This document shows, piece after piece, positions 1-9,618 of a DNA stretch of 33,000 bases. Origin of the DNA: Eutreptiella sp. 'Long Island Sound 2002' (taxonomy: Eukaryota; Protista; Euglenida); the NCBI GenBank assembly GCA_964036045.1, contig OZ038378.1:184450001-184483000 (forward strand), given 5' to 3'. Every line of letters begins with the position of its first letter. The stretch's first letter is position 1. Made by a program: the position numbers and the translations under genes. Under the pieces are notes generated by a model, which was not told the origin of the DNA, made no database searches, and saw nothing but the letters and a program-made list of their open reading frames with translations.

Positions 1-2218
1 TGCATCATTTGCATGGCACCATTCGATCTCTGTATGTCAGTGTGTATTTAAGAGCCTTGCGCGACGTACAGCAAGCAACAAATCGGTCATAAATTCTGCG
101 TAGTATGCGGCGGTAATTTGTTCGTTGGCGATGGTGTCTATCCCGGGGGGGGGGGGGTCACTTGGCAACGGTTCCCCCAGGGGTGGAGGGGAACCGTCAT
201 CCCTGGGGGGGGATGGACATGGGGGGGGGGGGAAGGTACAACTCACCGCCGTTGGGGGTAGGGGGAGGTGTATAAGCGTTATTATTGCCCTGTCACAGCG
301 GGCCAGGAGGGGGAGGGGTGGGAAATGAATATCAGTCCCCCCCCCCTCCCCCCGTCGACGCAAGCCAATTTTCCGCCATCCCTTCGCCCACACCGGCCAA
401 GAAATGGATCATCCAACGGCAACACACAGTCCCGTTCAAGGGCATGCACCAAATCTTGTGGCTTGCTCCATGGCACGCGTCACATGGCTTGAATGCAATG
501 GCTAGGGCAATGTCCGCTAGGACGGCATGGGAACACGGCTGTTACCTCCATAGAACACGACCGGCCGCAGTGTCCCTTGTGTCGCCTACACCCCTGCATG
601 CCCCAACCGAAGCTGTGTTGCGACAACAAGTGAGGTGCACCCCAAAGGCGCATGCTAGACGGGGCAAAGAGGTTGAGCCTTCCGACTTGTGGGCTTCCGT
701 GCGCCATGCCTAACGCACCATTTGTCACCACTGAGATACTATACAAGGGCATGGTTGGTGCGCTATTTGGCCAGCGACCTACAAGACTCCCTGAATTTCC
801 CCCCTTGCCCAGCAGGTCTCACAGTATGTGGCCCAATCCTGGTTCTAGCACTGCAAGACCGAGATGCTGCACGATGCCCTCCGCAACGGATTGAAACTGG
901 GCAATGATCTCTTCTAGCAACACCATACCTCCGTTGCGGCCCTCAACTGTGTTGGCTCTAGCCTATGGTGTCAGCAAAACAACGCCACGTGTACCAGGCG
1001 GAACGCTACTACCTAACTACCTCACGTGCACTCTATAGGTAACACACACGGCATCTTGGGCAATGCCCCTCGCTTGGGAGACGGTGTGGCATGTATCGCG
1101 GCAACCGAGAGTCACCTACCAAACATCACATCATCATCCCCTCTATGTGCAACAGAGAGCATCATACAGTGTACCACATGAACTATGGGTCGGAGCCCTA
1201 TGCCATGGTCTTGCCAAGGATCCAATGAATCACGTGAGTCTGATGCCCGCTTTCCGAGAACTATCTTCAGAACTCTACTTCAAGTTGAGTCCCAAAAAAA
1301 AAAAACAAGATCCAAGACACGAGAAGGACCCCAAGTAGACCTGACCGTCGCCTCTGCGCAGGCGTTGTGTTAGGTGCTCCCACCAAGTTTGCTAAAATAG
1401 AGGTGTTGGAATCTACCGGTCTAATGCACTATGTGAATGTGTAACATGCTGTGCACATCGAAAATCTGCGTTGATTTTTCATTGTTGTGTGCCAATTGAC
1501 TGCCCTCCTATGCGATCTGACACCCATTATCACCATTTTATGGTCTGATTTTATGTAGACGATTGATAGTACCGATTGATAGTACCTCTGTGGAATGTTT
1601 GATGTTTGTTGGCATCACAATGGCAGCCGCTGTGGCTTTCCATGGCGTGGGAGTGTTGTTATGTCTCAGTGGCAGGCTTGACATTGTTGGCCCAAGTGGA
1701 AGCGCGGATTCCTCCCTGCGCCCTTGGAATGTTCCACGTGGCAAATTTTGTGTCTACTGTGTTGTTCTGTTGTTATTCATTGGAGGCTTCTGGATGATTG
1801 CTGTTCATTCCTGGAGGCTTCTGGATGAAAGCGGACTTATTAGGCTTACATTAGAACAGCGAAAAACCATAGGACAAGCCCCCCCCCCACCCCTTCGACC
1901 CCCTCAATGTTGTGACATTTGGTCCTGGGCAAAATGCAGAAAATTTTTTCTCCGGTGCCTTTGGCGCTCATCTGGGGGGACATATGCATTCTCTCACTGG
2001 TCATCAGGGTGGGTCTCATCCTAGGTGCCTTGTTTGCATGTCTTTTCCCTTTGCTCAGGACTTCAGTTGGCCTTGCTCCTTGTTCATTGCCTGCGACCTT
2101 GCCCACCCACAACCCTCCAAAACCCCTCCCTCCTCTCTTCTAATGGTAGACTGGTGGTGGCGCCCGAGGTTCCGCTTGCTCGCGTCTGTTTATTTCTTTT
2201 AACCCCCATTGTGTGCAG

Positions 2219-4300
2219 TCCTGCATGACGCCATGAAGCGGCATCGACAGCCATCGATTGCTGATGCCTTGAGACCTCATCGCCGCCTGCAGCGGTACAT
2301 CGAAGTGCTGGACCCCGACGGATGCAACGACATTCACAATGTTGACCAGACCCTCATCGACTCCAAGGTGGAGTTTGTGCCCCATAGGCAGGCCATCAAA
2401 CGCCTGCTGCATCAGCTTTGGCTTGGGCATGCAGAGCCGGAACAGAGTGTAGTGTCCCCATCGTCGATGTCGATGGCGCATGAGCATGTGGTCACCCACG
2501 CCAACGCCCGGGACCTGCCGGCTCTGGTGGCCCACGGCGACCGCACCTGGCACCCGAGGCGGGTGCGGCGCGAGGCGCTCCTCATCGGCGTGGCGGCGTT
2601 CCGGAAGTTCGTGCCGCTGCAGAACGCCGCACGCGGGCCTCACATTCTGGAGGCCGTGTTCCAGTCGCTGGGCTACGACCACACGGAGGTGCTCTGCAGC
2701 CCGACGAGGCAGGCCATCCTGCGGGCCGTCCAAGTGGCGCGGCAGCGGCTGTCCCCCGCCGACGTGCTGTGCGTTTACATCTGCACTCACGTCTGCTACT
2801 CCGGGGGGGAACAGCGGCTGGTACCCGCAGACGGGCTGCCGGACGACCCCGGTACGTTGCTGGCCGTCCCGGAGCTGCAGTCCGCGATATGCCCGGAGCC
2901 GGGCTGCCGCGGGGTCCTGGTGTGCGACGCGCACTGGCCCGACGCGACCCGCCTCCGGGTCCCCTGCGTCGAGGGGTTCACGCTGCTGACCCCGCACCTG
3001 CTGGACTACGCCGCCGCGCCCGCCGCCGGATACTTCCCGGCGTCCCTCAGTCAGGCCGTCCTGGCGCTGCTGAGCCAAGGCAGGAACCCGATTACCCTCG
3101 TGGACATTGTGGCCGAGGTATGTCGGCGGTCCCCGCTCTGCTGCATGCGGGTGTTCGAGGACCGGAAGGCGTCGCTGCTGGTGCCGCTGGTGCACGTGCG
3201 GCGCCCCGCGGGGGACCTGCAGTGGAAGTTCGGCAGCGCCTTCTTCGTGCCGACAGTGCACCGGTCCGTCGGGCTGGAGGAGGTGCTGAGCTTCGCGCGG
3301 GGCATCCCAGACCCGACCAGCAAGGCCGTGTCCGTGAAGGAGTCCAAGGCCCCGATGGTTGTGTGGCACGCGCGGCTCGCGGCCCACTGGGACCCCGAGT
3401 ACCGTGAGTCGATGGTCGCGAACTTCTCCGAGAAGCTGCAGAACTTCTGCGCGGTCTCCGGCGTCCGGGGGCCCGCCGCGGTGGAGCGGGTGGAGGAGGG
3501 CGGGATCCCAGGCTCCATCGTGCTGACCGTCCGCAGCACCGCCGACGTGTTCCACTGCGCGTCGGACTACTACGGCAAGGGGCGGCTGTTCTGCATGCAC
3601 AAGATGCTGCATGAGCCCGTGAAGAGCGGCGATCTGTACTTCCTCAGCGCCGTGGGCGACATCCAGGTGATCCCCTCTGCCCTGAATCTGCACCATCACA
3701 ATCTAAATCGTGTGCCTGCTGCAGCAGGGCAAGAGGTTGGGGCAAATCCCGCAGGATCAGAACTGACGTTGGTCATACAAATGCTCACGTACAAGTGCAG
3801 AATGCAGGAGAAATTCAATTGCTGTCGGCCCTTCGCTGATACGGATTCGGAGCCCTCACCCCCCGTCCATTTTGGGGCAAGCGTGGGCACGAATATGATG
3901 TCTCACGCTCTGCTTTTGTTCTGAACGATCGAACACCCACGAGTGGACACTCCATACCCGCGCACTGCCTCATCGCCGCCTGGCGGCACACGATTCGGAA
4001 TATCCACGTCGTCGCACGGCTGCCGCAGTGCCAACGACGTGCGTACGTCGCACCAAACGACCAGCGATCCAGTTTGGACAGCGACAAACCATGGTCATGC
4101 TCAAGCATCCAGACTTTGTTTCGCAGGATGAGATGTTTCTTTCGGCGGGTGTTCTTGACTTTGCCGGGGTGTCGTCCAAGTTTTCAATTCTGTCGGAGGT
4201 CCATTCGGTTGAGCAGATGCGTGCGGTGTTCTGGGGTTCCAGTCCCATGCTGCTGGTGCACCCCAGGGACAAATTGGATGAGCTCTTGGAGAAAGTTTAG
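2219..4300 (+). CDS. Spliced gene, 5' end unresolved: SAM-like domain, caspase-like (peptidase C14 fold) domain lacking the catalytic Cys, and a C-terminal domain. Exons 2219-3666 and 4127-4300
   Basis: Acceptor TGTGCAG| precedes 2219. Donor CAG|GTGATC at 3666/3667 (phase 0) joins acceptor TTTCGCAG|GAT at 4126/4127 (phase 0), which reads to TAG at 4298-4300. The segment REALLIGV..F..L.NA......L...F..LGY...VL.SPTR..I..A......L.P.DVL.VY..TH......RLVPADG...VLVCDAH matches the caspase/metacaspase p20 pattern. Strong GC3 bias from about 2460 to 3690. Confidence 0.75.
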
Positions 4301-4808
4301 AAAACCTTGCGTCTGATCACGCCTGTTGCACAGCTTGATATCATTTTGTTCTCTCCGTCTTCTGCGATGGATAGTGTGTCCGTACCTCAACCAACAATTT
4401 CTGCCGTCGAATTCTCAGGATGTGCACCCATTTCCAAAATCAAGGACCATCCCAGGCTGGGTCGGTGACTCTGCATGAGAGAGCCATGAAACACCTGCCA
4501 ATGGGCAAAGAAGGAGGAAGACAACGGGGACTGTTTCAGGGCCGGGGGTCAGCTCAGCACCTCCTTGATCTCCTCCTTCCCTTTTGTCCTCACGTTTCAT
4601 CGAGATTTGTATGTGCGACCATCGTTACAATGTTTGGATGTAGCCCGGACTGAGGCCACGGCTTAGTGCCGAATTTTACCGATACTGTGGGGGGGATGGG
4701 TGGGTGGGTCAGAGGCCAAAGGAAAAATTGTGTGGCTAAAATCGACCTGCAATTTCGGGCCCCTATGATGAATTTATTTCCTGGCGCAAAATTTATCTGG
4801 GTTTATGT

Positions 4809-4836
4809 GGGTGGGTGGGTGGGTGGGTGGGTGGGT
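4809..4836 (+). repeat. (GGGT)7 microsatellite, potential G-quadruplex
   Basis: Seven perfect GGGT units read directly from the sequence, followed by a 14-nt C run at 4867-4880. Confidence 0.9.
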
Positions 4837-5013
4837 CAGGCGGAGGAGCTCAGGCTGCTATTACAACCCCCCCCCCCCCCTGGTAACGCTAAGCCGTGGC
4901 CTGCCCAAAATACAGATCCCAACCCCTCCAACCATCCACCGGTCTCTTACGGTAAGCTACCGTGCACCGCCACAGCACCGGGTGTAGGTTGTTCATCCCT
5001 CGTGTGTTTGCAG

Positions 5014-7539
5014 GGCTTTCTGGACTGGGAGGAGTGCTTCCAGTCCCAGGGCCCGCTAGAGGAGGCGCACCAGTCGGCCATGCGGGGCCCCGTGCGGGGG
5101 ATCTGGATGCACCTCATGAGCCAGCCCCTGCACCACGACGGGCCCGAGCAGTGCCATGACTCCGCGCGGGGGTACGGCTTCGGCTACGGCACCGGCGGCC
5201 CCGGCCCGCAGAGGCCGGTGCGGCCCGTCACGCGCCCCATGCGCCCGTACGAGCACGGGCCCGAGCGCGGCAGTGCGAGGGATGGGGGGTCCGTCCTGCA
5301 GCGGACGGCTGCCCACAGCCCCGGGAGGGTCCTTGATGTCCCTCCTCGATCGCGACCGCTCGGACACCAGCAGCAGAGGCTTCGAGTGGAGGGCATCGCA
5401 CAGCGCCGGCAGAAGAATGTGTTCCACCCGATCATCCCGGTGCGGGCGTACCCTTATGGGGCCCGCCACGACGCGCCTGACCGCCCCGGTGGGTATTCCC
5501 GTGATGCGTCGCGGTCGCCGAGGCGGGGGGGCACCAAACGGCAGAGTTGGATTGCCGAGGGGCAGCCGCGCCGCGCGCGCCCCGCCCCGCCGCACGCCGC
5601 GGGGCGCGCGCGGCGCGGAGGCTTCTGGGAGGAGGCCATGCGCACGCGGCGCGGCCCCTCCGCGTATTCTTTGCACGCGGACGCCGACGTCATCAACATC
5701 GAGTCGTCGGAAAACGACGAGCGGAGGGAGCCCAGCTGTGACTCGCACGGCTCCAACAGCGCGCTGCACGAGGGGTCGGACTGGGACGCGCGGGACTACG
5801 ACAACGACGCGGACGTCGAGCAGCCGCAGGGCTTTGAAGGGCCGCAGGACGACCTCAACGACAGCGACGGCGGGGACGGGGGCGGAGCCCGCCCCCTGAA
5901 GCGGTTCCGGGAGAGTTCTCAGGACCTCAGCCCGCGGGGCGCGGAGATGCAGAGAGGTCTGCAGCGCCTGAGCGTGACCAGCCCCGACCTCATGGACACG
6001 GAAGATGGCGTTGTTGCCGCCGAGGGAGGCGACCCCGCGGTACCGACAGGGGACCGCCCGTCCGGGGCCGCGGCAGTGCAGGCGCCCGAGGCCCCTTTGG
6101 GGGGGGGCCGCGGTGGCGGTGGGGGCGGGGCGGAGGGGGGCCCGGAGCGCATGGACGAGGACGGCATCGAGGACCAGATCCGGGCGTTGGAGGCGCAGGT
6201 GAACTCCGCGAACGACGAGTACGAGAGCTCCCGCAGCCCGGCCGCGCGGCGCCGGCAGGCGCAGGATCACGAGCAGGAGCGCGAGATCGAGCGGGAGCGC
6301 CTGCGGCTGCAGCGGGAGAAGGAGCAGGCGGCGGCCGTGCGGGAGGCCCAGCGCCGGCGGGAGCAGGAGCGGAGCGAAGAGAAGCGGCGGCGAAAGCGGG
6401 AGAAGAAGCGGGGGCAGCTCGCGGAGATGCTGCGAGCGGAGGCCCCGGGCGTCGACGTGGAGGAGCTGGTGGGCGCCGCAGAGAAGTCGATGGAGGCGGG
6501 CACGACGATGAGAGCCGCGGTCAGCGCGGCGCTGCAGGCGATTCAGGTCCAGGCGGCCCTGCAAAAGAAGCAGCTGCAGGCCCGCGAGGCCATGCGGAGG
6601 GAGGGGGGGCAGGTGCTGGCGGCGGCGGAGGGCCCGGCCCCCGCGCCGGCGCCGGGCGGCGGCGGCGCCTGCGACACGCCCGGACGCGCGGTGCCCCCGG
6701 AGCAGCCGCCGCGGGCGATCGACTCGCTGAGCGACAGCAACGGCAACGGCGATGTCTGCGTGCCCCTCGGCGTCGAGGACGTGCGGGAGCGACTGACGCG
6801 GCTGTCTGCCCTGGGGCCGGCGGAGGATCTCGACGGGGCCATCGACGCGCTCGTCGAGGACATCAGAGTGTCGCGCGCGCCCGAAGAGGGCGTAGTCCAG
6901 GCCCTCGTCGAGCACTTCCAGCAGCAGGACTACCCGGAGGCCGAGGCGGGCCGGCTGGCCGGCTGGCGCCTGATCGCGAACCTGCTGGTGGTCCTGCCCC
7001 TGTCGTACAGCAAGGCGCTGCGGGGGCACATCTGCAAGCTGGTGCGCGACCACCTCCCGCGGGACGACGGCGGCCTCCAGATCCTGCGCGGCTGGGCCCC
7101 GGCGGCCGACGGACCGGGGGTGTGGCCGGTGGAGGTTTGGAGCCGGATGGAGTCGTTGTACGTCGGCCTGCGGGTCCAGGGGATGCTGAAGGAGGACCCC
7201 GCCCCGAAGGACCTGGTCCACAAGATGAAGCAGGAGGCGGACCGAGTGGCCGGGCGGGTGGCCTGCGAGCGGCAGATCCTGCAGGCGGTCCAGGACGCGC
7301 TGGAGGAGGCGCCCCACGGGCGGCGCCTGCTGCTGTGGCAGGTCGTCGACATTCTGGTGCCGCACGGGCCGGTGTACGCGCAGGGGTTTGGCGACCGGAT
7401 CGACCAGCTGCTGCTCAGTTATCCGGCCGGCGGGGGTCCGTTCCGGGCCCTGGTCCAGCAGTGGGTGGACGACAACGTGTTCTCCCATGCGACGGCCGTT
7501 CTGCGGCGGTTCCTGACGGGGGCCACGGGGGAGCGGTAG
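5014..7539 (+). CDS. Long exon encoding an Arg/Gly/Pro-rich disordered region, an acidic region, an Arg/Glu-rich coiled coil, a CUE/UBA-like helical motif and two tandem CID (CTD-interacting domain)-like domains
   Basis: Uninterrupted GC-rich frame within ORF 4666-7539. Acceptor GTGTGTTTGCAG| at 5013/5014; first in-frame ATG at 5080; TAG at 7537-7539. The C-terminal segment QILQAVQDALEEAPHGRRLLLWQVVDIL..HGPVYAQGF..RI..LLLSY....FRALVQQWVDDNVF follows the Pcf11/SCAF CID pattern, and a second diverged copy precedes it. The ORF part upstream of 5014 runs through microsatellite/poly-C and is probably not coding in this frame. Confidence 0.8.
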   Translation, partial: GFLDWEECFQSQGPLEEAHQSAMRGPVRGIWMHLMSQPLHHDGPEQCHDSARGYGFGYGTGGPGPQRPVRPVTRPMRPYEHGPERGSARDGGSVLQRTAAHSPGRVLDVPPRSRPLGHQQQRLRVEGIAQRRQKNVFHPIIPVRAYPYGARHDAPDRPGGYSRDASRSPRRGGTKRQSWIAEGQPRRARPAPPHAAGRARRGGFWEEAMRTRRGPSAYSLHADADVINIESSENDERREPSCDSHGSNSALHEGSDWDARDYDNDADVEQPQGFEGPQDDLNDSDGGDGGGARPLKRFRESSQDLSPRGAEMQRGLQRLSVTSPDLMDTEDGVVAAEGGDPAVPTGDRPSGAAAVQAPEAPLGGGRGGGGGGAEGGPERMDEDGIEDQIRALEAQVNSANDEYESSRSPAARRRQAQDHEQEREIERERLRLQREKEQAAAVREAQRRREQERSEEKRRRKREKKRGQLAEMLRAEAPGVDVEELVGAAEKSMEAGTTMRAAVSAALQAIQVQAALQKKQLQAREAMRREGGQVLAAAEGPAPAPAPGGGGACDTPGRAVPPEQPPRAIDSLSDSNGNGDVCVPLGVEDVRERLTRLSALGPAEDLDGAIDALVEDIRVSRAPEEGVVQALVEHFQQQDYPEAEAGRLAGWRLIANLLVVLPLSYSKALRGHICKLVRDHLPRDDGGLQILRGWAPAADGPGVWPVEVWSRMESLYVGLRVQGMLKEDPAPKDLVHKMKQEADRVAGRVACERQILQAVQDALEEAPHGRRLLLWQVVDILVPHGPVYAQGFGDRIDQLLLSYPAGGGPFRALVQQWVDDNVFSHATAVLRRFLTGATGER

Positions 7540-7610
7540 GGTTTTGCGTGTGGCATGAAGGCGGACGGGCCTGCCCTCCCTCGGGCACCTTCGGGTTTGA
7601 CTGCCGGCCC

Positions 7611-7702
7611 GCGGTCGGTTGACGGCCAACTGCCATCGAGGTACCGCCAACCGCCGTTGGTTGATCGCCACCCGCCGCTGATCGGCCGCCAGTCGACGGA
7701 CC
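7611..7702 (+). repeat. Degenerate tandem array of AACCGCCGTCGGTT-like units (dispersed repeat family, copy 1)
   Basis: Units such as CGGTCGGTT and AACCGCCGTTGGTT just downstream of the 7539 stop. Related units occur at about 28200 and 29930. Confidence 0.55.
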
Positions 7703-9090
7703 AGACAAACCGGAGGCAAGTGTTTTCTGTTTTCGTCTTGCTTTCAAAGACCCGACAGGGGCAGTAGCACCACCACCGCCACAGCAGGCACCTGTCCATC
7801 GGGGAGGGGGCGCTTGAAGAGCGGGGGGACTCCCCCCAAACAGTGATTGTCGGTTACGCTCCAACCGTCTCTTTCCTTTGTAACCCCCGCATCCTCCCCC
7901 CCAACCTCTTTCTCAACCGTTCCCAACCGGTTTTACAAGCGGTTGCCGCAATACCCTGTGGCTTGCCTCCCCCTCAAGCGCAGGCCTGTGGCAACCCCTT
8001 GAACCAGAAGTAGCACAGGCTAAGACAACAGTTGAAAAGGATACGACCTGCTTGGCTACTCCCCGCAACCCACACAGCAAGCTACGGTGAGACGTGCCTG
8101 GGGAGGGGGGGGGGTTACATATCGGGCGGGACCCCAGCCCCCCCCCCCCCCAACCCTCTGGACCCCAAACCCACACCAATTTGTGGCCATAAGCAACAGC
8201 CATTTTGGGCACCAACAGCGCTGGAAAATTGTTGGGGCCTTTGTGAAAGTGTGGGAAAATTGGTTCCACCCAATGTGTTTATACTCCAAATGCGCCTTGG
8301 CCTGGGGTTGTGTCGCCATATGGATCTCTCCCCACTATGGGGACCCTGGGACGGAGGAGCAGAGGAAGGACCTGTGTCTTATACTGTTGCTTGCGGGGGT
8401 GCTTTTACTGGTTCAATTGTGTGTCTGCCGGAATACGCTACGATTTTTCATTTCTGATGAATGGTAAAAGAAGATGCTACCCAAGTTGTGTATATTCAAA
8501 ATGCTCAGAATGAAATAGGGAATGGAAAAATCCCCCAGAAGCCCGAAAAAAAATTTGACCCCCCCCCTCTGGACCCCCTTGCCCACGCCGCAGGTTCCGG
8601 GGTAGGGCGGACCATAGGAAGAGGGGTAAATGAGACCCTGCGATTGAAACACATCTCCGCAGGCCTTGGAACACTGGGGAATGTGCTGGCAGACCAAGAC
8701 AACTTCTGTAGCCCCATCCCCCTCGCCCCAACCCTTGGTACCAACCGGTTTTGCCTCATTGACCAGAAGGCCATACTTTTGCCTTGGTCTCAAACTTCGC
8801 ACTGCCCCCCATCCCCGTGTCTAATTCCCCTCCGGAGCAGGCCCCAGCAGCGCCTGCGAGGAAGCAGTCACTGCTGACACCCGCCCCACACGCATACTTG
8901 TTGATCTTCCCGCAGCATGAGGCCAGCAGCATCAGCATAGCCCACATGCAGCCGTCACCCAACCCGCACGGACAACCTGAGCCGTGATCCAGCCCCTTGG
9001 ACAATCTGCATGCTCCACATGTAACATACCAGCGACCCGCACCCACAGAAAATAATGGGTGCGGATTGCATCGACGTTGTGACCTGACCT

Positions 9091-9618
9091 TCACCTCAAT
9101 TCTCGGCACACGCTGATGACGTTGCGGCAGACAAGCGCAGTAGTGTGACCTGCAGTATCCTCTTGGACTGCCACAGCATGACCCACGTTTGCCACATCAG
9201 CGGGCTTCGCATGATCCTGGAATGTCATCGTCCCCAGCCCCAACTCCGTGCTTTTTTTGTGCCCTAAACGTCGCTTGTTTGGGTGGCCAGCCAAATATTT
9301 TACATGGCCAACCGGCAAGAGTTTTTTTTCCAGTTTTACAAAAATGAAACGTTCAGCCCAGCCGCTCTCGGTTAGCCCATAACCCCCTTCGCCTAAAACC
9401 GCTGTCACCTTTCCCTCCACTGCCTTGGGTGTCTTGAAAACTGGGCTGACTACCGGAGGGGCCCGCTTTTTCTTAGATTCCTGCCAACTGGCGGTTTTCC
9501 TGGTGAAGCGAGTCTTTGCCAGGTGACCTTGTGACCCGGTCAATCCTGCAGTTTCCGCCGCCTCTTTTTACTTCACTTCATCATCTACCTGGTCAAGCAC
9601 CACCGCTGCCGTATCCAC
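9091..9618 (-). pseudogene. Interrupted ORF with a cold-shock/OB-fold-like segment
   Basis: A protein-like frame starts after a CCTACCTGCAG acceptor, is broken by an in-frame TAA at 9570-9568, and contains VEGKVTAVLGEGGYGLTESGWAERFIFV..LPVGHV, loosely resembling a cold-shock domain. Confidence 0.3.

Noticed and set aside
480-1340. Possible decayed retroelement C-terminus
   Set aside because: Only a vague Cys/His pattern across shifting frames; not supportable.
2140-3699. 519-aa - strand ORF
   Set aside because: Antisense shadow of the GC3-biased caspase-like exon; no recognisable motifs.
3667-3924. C-terminal extension of ORF 2209-3924
   Set aside because: GC bias ends near a good donor at 3667 and a phase-compatible exon exists at 4127, so this is probably intron read-through.
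5056-7719. 887-aa - strand ORF and other overlapping ORFs
   Set aside because: Antisense or alternate-frame shadows of the GC-rich + strand exon.
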